From Elainellaceae cyanobacterium (GTDB lineage: Bacteria > Cyanobacteriota > Cyanobacteriia > CAKZMO01), in contig JBHJHJ010000133.1 in the NCBI GenBank assembly GCA_050330955.1, positions 1-61,801 on the forward strand: a stretch of DNA of 61,801 nt, in the 5' to 3' direction. The position numbers and the translations under genes were made by a program. The first letter of the stretch is position 1. Each line of letters begins with the position of its first letter. The notes beneath the pieces were generated by a model. It ran no database searches, was not told where the DNA came from, and saw nothing but the letters and a program-made list of their open reading frames with translations. This document shows, piece after piece, positions 37,231 to 46,697 of this stretch.

Positions 37231-38083
37231 GATGCGAGCGTTAAGCAGGTCAGAAGATTAGACAGCATTGGTTTAGAGATAGATCTCTCTAGAAGCTCAC
37301 AGCCCTGAGAACTAGCAATTTGGCAGGTGACTTAGGAACTGTGGGTTATTCGCTAACTTCGCAGAAGAACGATCCGGAAGTTTTCGCTGCAGGTGATGAA
37401 TAATCTCAATCTGACACAAGTTTAGGTGTTTTGGCAACACTAATTTTTGTCTAATGTCCAAAATATAAAAAATACTTGTTGTCTAAAGTGACAAGTTTGA
37501 GATTTTAGGTAAATTATTTAGACAAAAAATTGACAAATACTGATTTGCATATCTGGAGCCTCTTAAGGCGATTTGCTCAGAAAGCTTTGCTGAATAAGCT
37601 TTTAAGCCGCCTCTCTTCTATTATCTGCTTGATCAATATTTAGCTTTTCTGTCTAATGTATTTACTAGGCCTTTCGAATAGAATTTTTCATATGCTCGAA
37701 ATCCTGGCAATTTTATGAAATTTTCTGGCTAATAAAGTTGTCGATCTATACAGTTCGACAATTTCATCTAAATGTTCAACTGTTTTTGATGTTGCTGGTT
37801 CGACAATTCTAAATTTAGGGTAGGGTAACCTATAAAAAGATAGAGGTCTCAGGTCGCAACGCGTTTTGACGCACTTAGATTGAGCCTCTGTCAGCCCCCC
37901 GCTTTGAGCAGAGTTTCTAATGCCCATATAAGGCCGTTAGTCAATGTGCTTTAAAGTGTCTTTACGCAACATCTGTTTTGAACTACGCTGGGCACCGAGT
38001 AGCCTTCTGAGAAGGACAGGATTCTCCGGTGCACGCCATTTAAAGGTTCAGCGACACCCGTATGAGCGCACGAGGAGTTAGCC

Positions 38084-40942
38084 ATGCCCATAGATGCTTA
38101 TGCCGCAGACATTAAGACAGCCCAGCAGGATCCGCTGAAAGTCCAGCAGGACAGGCTGTGGTACAAGTTTCGTCAGATGTTAGAGGATCTGAGGCGTGAC
38201 GAACTCGGGCTAGATTTAACCTATGACCACATCGCTAAGGGATTGGATCTGAGCCGACAGCGGCTCTATAAATTTATGAAAGAGCCGGAGCAAGGGCTCC
38301 CCATTCAGCGATACAACGTTTTGAAGCTCTGGGAGTACATTACTGATCCAGATTCAACCAGTGCTCAGCTCTCTGCTGCGGCACGCCAGAAACGGCAAGC
38401 CCTACGGCAGCGCGAACCCCGGCTTTGCGACAGGCTGCTAGAAGCGGCAGGTTTTTTACCAACAGGTCAGATGAATCAGGGCTCTTCGGCCCAAGTTATG
38501 CGGGTGCAGCGGCGATTGACGAGCCCCTTGATCAGCGACTCCCAGATTGGAGATATCACTGACACTATTCTAAATGTCATCTCTGATAAGGGCGCTTACC
38601 TGCTGAACACCTCAGAGGCTGGTACGGCATCAGACCACATTACTGCTGATCAAGCCCGGTTTTGGCCTCAGAATGCCCTCCAGGTTGATGCTGCAACACC
38701 GGTTGCTCAGTCCTATCAGCAGACAATCGATCGCTTCGTGAAGCTGGGTAAACTCCGCTTTTGCCCTCAAGAGCTGTTTGAGCTGTATCAAGGCATCGAT
38801 GAAAACCACGCTCTGAATTTGGACACCAATGAACCCAAGGCGATTGACTGCGAGCTACAAACGGTCTCTATTTTATTGAGAAACCTTCTGCACAATCCCC
38901 TGGGCGATCGCCTGGAGCTGCGGCGCGACCTAGAAAAACGCCTCGAGGTAGAATACGACACCTCAGAGCATTGGCTGCGCACGAGGCAGCCCGCACCCCA
39001 GCAGCAGGATGGAAAGACTGAGACGAACGGCAGTGTTCCCGCCGCGCCCAAACACTTTCCCCCCGTCATCGATGCCCTGGCGACTTTTTATATCGCAGGC
39101 AAATCAGGCAATCTGCCCAGCGATCGCTTGCCTTTAACGTTTCGGTACGCCTCCAGCAGCACGCATGTTGAGGCGGTGCTCATTGCGGTGTCTGATGGCA
39201 TGGGGTCTTTTTTATCTCCGACGAGCCTCACCATGGACCGGCTGCAGGTTAAGTCTTTAGGAGAGAGCTCAGAGAGCTTGGTGCGGGTTTCGGTGACGCT
39301 GGCGGCTAAAGCTCAGGGACAGTCCGCAAAGACCTATCAGGGCCTATGGGTTGAGCAAAATACCATCCTCGGCATTCTGCAGGCGACTACCCAAGCCGCC
39401 ACAAGCTGGTTTGAGCGCTACTTAGGGAGCACCCATTTGCAAACGTTTTACCAGCTCTGCGAGCGCGCTAGTCAGGTGCAGCGCTCCCTTGACAGCAGCG
39501 TGGTGCAAATTTTCAACGCGCGGGAGTTCGGCGCTCTCAGCACAATTAGCCACGCCTTCGAATTTGAGCGGGTGAAAGACACGATTGAACAAGATGTGGT
39601 CAAAGCGCTGCAGACCCTAACCCAGGACTTTAGAGCGCTGCTGCAAAGTCCCCTGGACGAGAATCGGATTCCGCCATCGGATGAGCAGTGGTACCGTACT
39701 TACTGCCAAGAGCATCAGGTGAAGCTGGACCGCAAAAATTTGCTGGCGCGGGTTACCCTCGCCTATGCCCAGCTGACGAGCGATCGCCCCCTCCAGGCAA
39801 GGGAAACCCTAGATGACTTAAATAACAAGCTCTACCGGGGTGACTTTGAAGAAACCACCAACCCCAGGTTCGCGTCTATGACGGCCCTGTACGTCTCCGC
39901 CAGAACCCATTACCGCATCATGGTGGGTAGCCCAGAGCTAGACAAGCTGCGGCAGCGATTGCCGAACGAGCGCGTCACGCAGCGGGGCATCATTTTCGAG
40001 GACTTTCGTGAATACACCCAGACGGTCCGACAAGGGGTGATTGACTTCGAAGTTTATCTTGCTGCGGGCAGCTTCTGCGCCGCCATGGCCCTGATCAGCT
40101 TCTACTACGCCACGCCAGCGAACACGCCCAATGTCGATGTCGAAGTAGCACAGGCGATCGACCTGTTTTTGCGATCGTCTCACTATGCCGCCAAAATCGG
40201 TTACCGGCAGCAGGCCACGCGCCATCTCTGCTTTGCTAGTCGGCTCTCGGCGAGAATGGGCACGCCCGAATATCACAAAGATGCGGTCAGTCTGCTGTCC
40301 CTAGGACGCCGCGTCATTGACTCAGAATCTCTGAGCCTCAAACCAGCGAGCTTTACCCTCTACCTCACCCAGGCAGAGATCTACCTCTTGAGCCAGCCCA
40401 AGCCGCATAGGGTGGACCGGGCGGACCTGCTCAATGCGCTGACCTGCGCCCTATACGCCTGCAAGCTGGTGCGCATGCCGCGGATTGACCCCGATCAGAG
40501 CGATCAGCTCTTCTCTAGCGCTCAGGTGGAGACGATGTATGCGCTTTACCGGGTGCTTGATGCGCTGTCACACGGTAGGCCAAGTTATACTCTGGAGGCG
40601 CTGTGCAGCGAACTGGGCGAGCCCCCCTGCGCCAAAGTGCCTGACGGCATGATTGTGATTGCCGCCAGTGCAGCACCGCCTTTAGCGGACGAGCTGCCGC
40701 CGCTGGTCAAGGATGTGCCTGACCCGCAGTTGCTGCTGAAGGAGTTATTGAAGGATCTGCTGTGCATCGGCAATTTTTCCTGCGCTCAGGTGGTTGATAT
40801 TCTTCAAAAGCGGCTTGTGGGTCAGCTCAATCGATGGCATCGTGCTTATCGCGGCTCAAGTCATTTTGATGACCCGGATGGGGCGGAGCACCCGATGGCG
40901 GAGGCAGTTCGCAAGAAGAGTTTCTTGGGTCGATTGTCTTAA
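38084..40942 (+). CDS. 952-aa protein with N-terminal XRE-type HTH and large uncharacterised, mostly helical body
   Basis: GAGGAG RBS; LTYDHIAKGLDLSRQRLYKFMK helix-turn-helix pattern followed by LLEAAGF; no Walker motifs seen. Confidence 0.7.
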   Translation: MPIDAYAADIKTAQQDPLKVQQDRLWYKFRQMLEDLRRDELGLDLTYDHIAKGLDLSRQRLYKFMKEPEQGLPIQRYNVLKLWEYITDPDSTSAQLSAAARQKRQALRQREPRLCDRLLEAAGFLPTGQMNQGSSAQVMRVQRRLTSPLISDSQIGDITDTILNVISDKGAYLLNTSEAGTASDHITADQARFWPQNALQVDAATPVAQSYQQTIDRFVKLGKLRFCPQELFELYQGIDENHALNLDTNEPKAIDCELQTVSILLRNLLHNPLGDRLELRRDLEKRLEVEYDTSEHWLRTRQPAPQQQDGKTETNGSVPAAPKHFPPVIDALATFYIAGKSGNLPSDRLPLTFRYASSSTHVEAVLIAVSDGMGSFLSPTSLTMDRLQVKSLGESSESLVRVSVTLAAKAQGQSAKTYQGLWVEQNTILGILQATTQAATSWFERYLGSTHLQTFYQLCERASQVQRSLDSSVVQIFNAREFGALSTISHAFEFERVKDTIEQDVVKALQTLTQDFRALLQSPLDENRIPPSDEQWYRTYCQEHQVKLDRKNLLARVTLAYAQLTSDRPLQARETLDDLNNKLYRGDFEETTNPRFASMTALYVSARTHYRIMVGSPELDKLRQRLPNERVTQRGIIFEDFREYTQTVRQGVIDFEVYLAAGSFCAAMALISFYYATPANTPNVDVEVAQAIDLFLRSSHYAAKIGYRQQATRHLCFASRLSARMGTPEYHKDAVSLLSLGRRVIDSESLSLKPASFTLYLTQAEIYLLSQPKPHRVDRADLLNALTCALYACKLVRMPRIDPDQSDQLFSSAQVETMYALYRVLDALSHGRPSYTLEALCSELGEPPCAKVPDGMIVIAASAAPPLADELPPLVKDVPDPQLLLKELLKDLLCIGNFSCAQVVDILQKRLVGQLNRWHRAYRGSSHFDDPDGAEHPMAEAVRKKSFLGRLS

Positions 40943-42759
40943 TCAGCGTCTTGCTGCTGCATGAAGCGAGTCACGACAACTTGGATAAGCAAGGTCGTCA
41001 TTACCCAGCCTGCAAGGATATGAACTCGAAGATAACCCCGAATGAGAGACTCAAATCTCTCATTGTCAAAGCGTAAAAACCTTGTGTTGACTTTGTCAAA
41101 ACATATCGCCTGCCGCAGGCTTAGTTTCTCAGGGCGATCGCTAATGTACCAATACCGATCTTGCTGTAAATCAATGACTGGTACAAGCGTGTCTAGGGAG
41201 TAGACAATGGATTGGAAGGGAGGGTAACTGCCACGGCAATAGTCCATATCGACGGAAAACTCTAGGGAGCCTTCTATCAATGAGCCATCGACCACTGTCA
41301 TTGAGCCATAGTCTGCCCTCACCATCAGCTCAATCTGATAAGCAAGCTCAAACATAACAGAGCCTAGAACTAGAAAAAATATCCAGTAGCGAAGGAGTCG
41401 AAGTGGATAGTGACCATGACGAATCGTGGCATCTAGAAGCGCCCACTTGATGAATCGATAAAGCCAGTTATCCTGCTGCCTTCTTTGGTCACGCTCCTTC
41501 CAGATCCTGATTTCCTTTGCGACTTTTTCCTTTCCGTTTCGTGTGAGGGCAGCCGCTAGCACATCGTATGAATCGAAAGCTTGAAGGCTCCGCCGCCTCA
41601 ACCAATCGAGGTGGGCATTCACCTCATGGCGAAGAATTCTCCGTTTCTTATTGGAGCTTTTACTGGCCGAGTAGCCTCGAAATAACGTCTGATATTCAAA
41701 TCCAGTCAGCAGCAGATTTCCAGATTCAGGCCAGCTTCTATCGTCATCAAGAAACATACGAGCCTTAGCAAATCTGAGGTCTAAAACCATCTGCTCAGGG
41801 CGCTCAACGTCTCGAATCTTGAGGCTGTCCTCGACTCTAGTATTGATCAAGCTGAGGGTGCCGTAGACTTTGAGGCTTTGTCCGTCTCCATCGAGAAAAA
41901 GATCGTGTCCAATAGCGGCTGCATCGAGACGAAGCGCTGCATCTTCAAGGCGTTTCGCCGTGAGCTCACTCCCTCGGAACGCTAAGTCGCCCCCTATATT
42001 GGCCCCCACCAAAGAAGTGGTGCCCACAAGCTCCGCCCGAGTAAAGCAAAGCTGCGTCCCGACGTGGATATAATCTGCTGCAAAGGCCTCACCTTCAGGG
42101 TTATCAAATTTGCCGTATTTGCAGCTCAGCTCGCCGCCAATGTGAGCGCTAGAGAGGCACACTCGGCCATTGCTCATGAACCTCACAAACCTAGACTCGC
42201 CATCGAGGTACACGCTCCCGGTAACCCTGATGCTATCCGCATCAAATGCATTCTGACTTGGGCTGCGATCGCGAAACTTATTCCAAATCTTGCAGCCGCC
42301 GCAGTCTAGGTTTCCGCCGACAGAGGCCAGCTTCAGCTGCACCGTTTCGTCCACCTCTGCATCGATAAGCTTTAAGCTGCGCGCGACAGTGAGGCCGGTT
42401 GCGGTAAAGCTTTTGAGGGTTGATTTGGATATATTGAGCAGCGATAGCTCGCCGTAGGTCAGATCGACGGCTTCCAGTTCTGCCTCTGTAAGAAGGAGGG
42501 GGGCATCTAGCCGCACATGACTCAGGTCTAACGCGCCGACAACCTTGACATTTTGAAGCTGAATCCCTTGATGGGTGAGGTGTGGTCGGGCCCGATTAGA
42601 GCACAGCCATGCCAAGCACTCCGCCCTAATCGACTCGCCTTTGAGGTTAATCGGCACCCTTTGGGCAACTTCTGTGAGCAGGCGCTTTTCCGGTGGCTCA
42701 AGTTGTTCAAAGCGCTTCTGGGCCAGGTTCAGTAGTGAGCTTGAAGCTGAGTCATCCAT
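40939..42759 (-). CDS. Beta-solenoid protein with C-terminal TM-loop-TM module ('membrane-associated oxidoreductase'-like family)
   Basis: IRAECL, repeated A.IGG.L units, LTGFEY, HGHYPLRLL+TM, YSLDTLVPVIDLQQ, HILAGW+TM; start uncertain (42759 or 42795). Confidence 0.7.
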   Translation of the reverse strand: MDDSASSSLLNLAQKRFEQLEPPEKRLLTEVAQRVPINLKGESIRAECLAWLCSNRARPHLTHQGIQLQNVKVVGALDLSHVRLDAPLLLTEAELEAVDLTYGELSLLNISKSTLKSFTATGLTVARSLKLIDAEVDETVQLKLASVGGNLDCGGCKIWNKFRDRSPSQNAFDADSIRVTGSVYLDGESRFVRFMSNGRVCLSSAHIGGELSCKYGKFDNPEGEAFAADYIHVGTQLCFTRAELVGTTSLVGANIGGDLAFRGSELTAKRLEDAALRLDAAAIGHDLFLDGDGQSLKVYGTLSLINTRVEDSLKIRDVERPEQMVLDLRFAKARMFLDDDRSWPESGNLLLTGFEYQTLFRGYSASKSSNKKRRILRHEVNAHLDWLRRRSLQAFDSYDVLAAALTRNGKEKVAKEIRIWKERDQRRQQDNWLYRFIKWALLDATIRHGHYPLRLLRYWIFFLVLGSVMFELAYQIELMVRADYGSMTVVDGSLIEGSLEFSVDMDYCRGSYPPFQSIVYSLDTLVPVIDLQQDRYWYISDRPEKLSLRQAICFDKVNTRFLRFDNERFESLIRGYLRVHILAGWVMTTLLIQVVVTRFMQQQDAD

Positions 42760-42909
42760 TGAACTTGAGAGGGTAGATGGGAAGGCTATCTGCACTAAAA
42801 ATCGGGCAGAGCAATTACTAGGATAGCGTCTGTACAGATTTCTGAACCTAAGATCGTTCTTCTGCTGACAAACAGCGCCAACTTACCCAAAACCTGGGCC
42901 TTAGCTCAG

Positions 42910-43467
42910 CTAAGACTTCACCAAGCGCGGTAGCCAAGTGGCCGTTTGGCTAGAGACCGCATAGCTGCGCAAATCGGCAGTGGTGACATCGTCGATGCTC
43001 ACTAGAGCATCGGGATTGACGGCGCTGATCACTTCCAGCACCTCCTGCTGCCGCCGCTTGAAGATGGTGCTGTAGGTGAGGCGCACCTCACCTTTACCCC
43101 CAGCGGCGTTGAGCACGGTTACCTCAAGGTCTAGCTGCCGGAGGGCTTCTTCGACCTGGGGCGAGTCAATTGGGGCAACGATGCGGAGCACGCAGCTCCC
43201 TAAGGCGAGCCAGCCGTCGATGATTGAACCCATGAGGGTGCCGGAGGCGAAGCCAGCCCCAAAGGCGAAAATTTTCAGGGGATCGTCGATGCCCTGAATG
43301 GCTTTGCTGGTGGCGAAAAGCCAGAACAGCGCCTCAGCAAAGCCCAGGCCCGTAGCGATCGCCCGGTAGCCCCGAACGAGCATGCTGATACGCAGGGTAC
43401 CAATGGTGACATCGGCAAGACGGGAGAGAAAGATGGCGAGTGAGCCCAAGAGAATTTCGGAGGTCAT
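42910..43467 (-). CDS. DUF2179/DUF5698 (UPF0316) membrane protein
   Basis: IFLSRLADVTIGTLR, GFAEALFW, GAGFASGT, PII-like C-terminal part ending VNPDALVSIDD. Confidence 0.85.
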   Translation of the reverse strand: MTSEILLGSLAIFLSRLADVTIGTLRISMLVRGYRAIATGLGFAEALFWLFATSKAIQGIDDPLKIFAFGAGFASGTLMGSIIDGWLALGSCVLRIVAPIDSPQVEEALRQLDLEVTVLNAAGGKGEVRLTYSTIFKRRQQEVLEVISAVNPDALVSIDDVTTADLRSYAVSSQTATWLPRLVKS

Positions 43468-43577
43468 TACATATCACTGTGCTTCAGCATCCCTCAATAT
43501 TGACATGGGTTTGCCAATGCGCGATGTGTTCTAGCTCAGCGACAGCGTTGAAGGGCGATCGTGCGCGCTAAGCCCCC

Positions 43578-44309
43578 TTATTCTTCTCCCTGCTCAGCGT
43601 CTTTAACGAGCTTATCGATAAAGTTGGGCACAAACCCTTCCGCAAACCCAGCCACGAAGGCCCACAGGACGGCCTTGGCCAGATCTCCATTTGTGGCTGG
43701 GACGGATTTGACAGAGGCCTCGTAGGGCGTGGTGTAGTTTTCCTCAACGCCGCCGAACCGAGGAAAAATTTCGCCCTGAATAATGCCTGAAATAAATACG
43801 ATATAGAGCACGAAGGCAAACAGTCCGCCGAAAATAGGTGATAGGAAGATCTGCAGCTTCAGCAGCAGCAGCGCGGCCTCATCCTCTAATAGCATGGTTT
43901 TGGCATCGGGTTTGCGAACTTCGACCGCGACCTGATCCACCGTGGCCTCATTCACCGTAACGTCGCGACTAACAGCAGCAGGGACAGAATTAGCGGCGAC
44001 TTCAGCAGCCAATTCCTTCGTGGGGCGATCGCCGGCCTGTGGAACAGGCTGCTCGACGGCGACCTGAAAGGTTTTTGACTCGGCCTGAATCGCCTTTCCA
44101 AGCTGCTGAACATAGGCCTCCTGCAGACGACGATAGTTGCTGGCGGCGCCGCCGACGGTTCCAGCCGTAAAGATGACGAGGGACAGCGCGTTAAATGACC
44201 TGATGCTGAATACAATAAATGCCAGCAGCAGGTTGGTGAGCACTAAACCAGATGTGACCCAGGCGTTTAAGATGGCCAACCGTTCTACGTTCTGTTTGGA
44301 GCGATTCAT
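43578..44309 (-). CDS. Hypothetical 4-TM membrane protein
   Basis: AGTVGGAASNYRRL, SPIFGGLFAFVLY, AFVAGFAEGFVPNFIDKL. Confidence 0.75.
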   Translation of the reverse strand: MNRSKQNVERLAILNAWVTSGLVLTNLLLAFIVFSIRSFNALSLVIFTAGTVGGAASNYRRLQEAYVQQLGKAIQAESKTFQVAVEQPVPQAGDRPTKELAAEVAANSVPAAVSRDVTVNEATVDQVAVEVRKPDAKTMLLEDEAALLLLKLQIFLSPIFGGLFAFVLYIVFISGIIQGEIFPRFGGVEENYTTPYEASVKSVPATNGDLAKAVLWAFVAGFAEGFVPNFIDKLVKDAEQGEE

Positions 44310-44374
44310 TGCCTGTGATATTACTTTACGAATGTAGCAACCCTGAATGATTGGTCAGAGGAGACGCGGGCTGC

Positions 44375-44508
44375 GTATCTGTGTAGCGTAACGCTGGCCC
44401 TCACCCCCGGCCCCTCTCCCAAAATTGGGAGAGGGGAGTCTGGTTCCCTTCCCTCAAAATTGGGGGAAGGGCTAGGGAAGGGGGCTTTCCAGGACGCTAA
44501 ACAGATAC
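44375..44508 (-). mobile_element. 134-bp MITE, family A copy 2 (inverted), with 8-bp TSD
   Basis: TIRs GTATCTGTGTAGCGT / ACGCTAAACAGATAC (14/15); CGGGCTGC at 44367-44374 and 44509-44516; reverse complement aligns end to end with 19105-19237. Confidence 0.88.
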
Positions 44509-44708
44509 CGGGCTGCGCCCGTGTCTCCTCTGACTTACACTTCATAAGCGATTTTGTATCGCCATAGAATTTTGAAATCGTCCGCTATCTTAGTGGGATA
44601 AGCGCACGATGTACAAGTTCTCCGTTAAGTTTTAAGCTTACGTCGCTTCTATAATCATCTCCATCGACAAAGCGAGCGGAACCCCCACGGAAAATGCATC
44701 CTCTATGC

Positions 44709-45098
44709 TTACTGCGGCCACTCCATAAGCCATGGCTGCTGGCTATCGCGAATAAACTTCCGAATCGAGAGCAGCACCACATGAATTTCTGGATTGCTCG
44801 ACTTTAGCACCAAGTCAGAGGTAGCCCTGCAGGTCTCCCACCAAGTCTCTGAAAAATAGGCCAGCTTCCTCAAGTAGCTCAGGTATGGATTTCTAGGGCC
44901 AAACCGCGATCGGTTTACGGATATCTCTAAATCATGCTGGTACATCGCCAAGCAGATCAGCCGCAGGTGAGACCACACCCTTAACCGGTGGGAAAGACGG
45001 CGATCGCTTAGCTTTTGCTGCGCGCTTTCAACCAGACTGCGAACGCGGGCAGAATAGGGGGATGTAATAACGGGTGCTGGCTTCATGAGGGTCTGCAT
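44709..45098 (-). CDS. Hypothetical protein
   Basis: 129-aa ATG ORF co-oriented with neighbours; no motif recognised. Confidence 0.5.
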   Translation of the reverse strand: MQTLMKPAPVITSPYSARVRSLVESAQQKLSDRRLSHRLRVWSHLRLICLAMYQHDLEISVNRSRFGPRNPYLSYLRKLAYFSETWWETCRATSDLVLKSSNPEIHVVLLSIRKFIRDSQQPWLMEWPQ

Positions 45099-45210
45099 CG
45101 TTCAATACCTTAGGGAACAGAGACGAGATGGATGAATACGGGGGAGTCGCTAGGGGGAGTCGGTCGATTGCCGCTGATTTCTTACATTGGCGCGTAAATG
45201 ACCTGACTGG

Positions 45211-45570
45211 TCAAGACATTTGCGCTAGACGGGAAAAGCGTAAACAGAACTGCCGGAGCGCATCGAGCAGGTTGAACGGGACCATAGCGCCGCAAACGTC
45301 CCAACCTTGCTCTTCTGAGAGCCAAAAGCTCAGCGCATACCAGGTCTCTGTGTCGTAAATCCCGGTCGCCGTGATGCCAAAGTAGCCCTGTAGCTGCGCT
45401 ACAGCTTGGGCGGTCTCAACGTTGTAGCTACCGTCAATGGCGCCCTTGTAGTATCCAGCAGCCCGGAGCGCAGACTGCAGGTTAGACACCGCCGACCCAG
45501 CGTTGCCAAGCACCATTTCCACAGGCTCTAAGGCCTCGACAGATTTCTTATATTCTTCGTTCATGACCAA
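45211..45570 (-). CDS. Peptidoglycan-binding domain (PG_binding_1) protein
   Basis: GSAVSNLQSALRAAGYYKGAIDGSYNVETAQAVAQLQ...TGIYDTETWYAL. Confidence 0.8.
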   Translation of the reverse strand: MVMNEEYKKSVEALEPVEMVLGNAGSAVSNLQSALRAAGYYKGAIDGSYNVETAQAVAQLQGYFGITATGIYDTETWYALSFWLSEEQGWDVCGAMVPFNLLDALRQFCLRFSRLAQMS

Positions 45571-45746
45571 TTTGCTCCGGGGGCGTGGAGCGCGTGCTGC
45601 GCTCTCGATGAACCAAGTATGGCAACCCCCCTCAGCTAAGAAAATACTGAAGAGTTGAGGTTTATTCAGGAGTCAATTCAGGTTTGTTCAGGACCTATCG
45701 CTTTAGCCCTGTTGCTAAACCAAAATTAGTCCAGACGCGGTCTGGA

Positions 45747-46694
45747 TTACGAGGCCGCAAACATCTTTTTGGCGAAATCGATCTTCTCAGCGCGATCGCC
45801 CAACTTATGCCGCACTCCGTCCACCGCCTCCAGCCGGGGAATCAGCCCTTCCTGGTTGGCAATCTGAATCGACAGCCCCGGACGGGCGTTCATCTCCAGC
45901 AGCAGCGGCCCCTGGGTCTCATCTAGGACAAAGTCCACCCCCAGATAGACAAACTCGGTCTCCGTCCCCAACCGAGAAGACATCTCCAAAATGGGTTCCC
46001 AGTGGGGAATGGCGATGCCCCGCAGCGGGTTTCCCGTCTCGGGATGCGCTTCGATATAGCGGTTGTGCTGAATGCCAAAGGTCGTCTTACCCGTAGCAAT
46101 GTCGATGCCCACGCCGACGCCGCCCCGGTGCAGGTTTGCCTTACCGTCGGAGATTTTGGTGGGCAGGCGCAGCATGGCCATCATCGGCACGCCGTGATAG
46201 ATAATTACCCGAATATCGGGGATACCCTGGTAGGCGATGTTTTCAAACACCGGGTCAAACTGCACCGCATACTCGATGATGGCGCTGTCACTGGTGCCCG
46301 AGAGGGCAAACATGCCGCTGAGGGTGTTGTAGAGGTGATACTGCAGGTCTCCCAGCGAAAGGATTTTGCCGCTGGCCTTGTGGTAGCCCTGGTCGCTGAC
46401 GTCTTTAATCACCACGATGCCGTCGCCGCCGCTGCCCCCCACCGGCTTAATCACAAAGGCGGTGCGATCGCCCACAATCTCCGGCAGTTGCTTCACCTGG
46501 TTTTGAAACTGAACCACGCCGTAGGTCTCCGGCACCGCCACGCCAATGCGCTCGGCAATTTTTTTCGTTTCCAGCTTGCTGTCGGCGTACTTATACAATC
46601 GGCGGGGATTGCAGGGAAACAGGTAGTCCAGGTTGCGGGCGTTGATGCCCAGAATGCCGTGCTGATCTAGCGATGAAAAGAATGGCAGGATCAT
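45747..46694 (-). CDS. Alpha-L-glutamate ligase-like ATP-grasp protein (RimK-related)
   Basis: ILGINARN, FVIKPVGGSGGDGI, GIPDIRVI, GKANLHRGG, LLEMNARPGLSIQIAN. Confidence 0.92.
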   Translation of the reverse strand: MILPFFSSLDQHGILGINARNLDYLFPCNPRRLYKYADSKLETKKIAERIGVAVPETYGVVQFQNQVKQLPEIVGDRTAFVIKPVGGSGGDGIVVIKDVSDQGYHKASGKILSLGDLQYHLYNTLSGMFALSGTSDSAIIEYAVQFDPVFENIAYQGIPDIRVIIYHGVPMMAMLRLPTKISDGKANLHRGGVGVGIDIATGKTTFGIQHNRYIEAHPETGNPLRGIAIPHWEPILEMSSRLGTETEFVYLGVDFVLDETQGPLLLEMNARPGLSIQIANQEGLIPRLEAVDGVRHKLGDRAEKIDFAKKMFAAS

Positions 46695-46697
46695 GGT

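Noticed and set aside
37688-37927. 79-aa ORF in the RTX/HTH spacer
   Set aside because: No RBS or motif; overlaps the likely promoter/operator region
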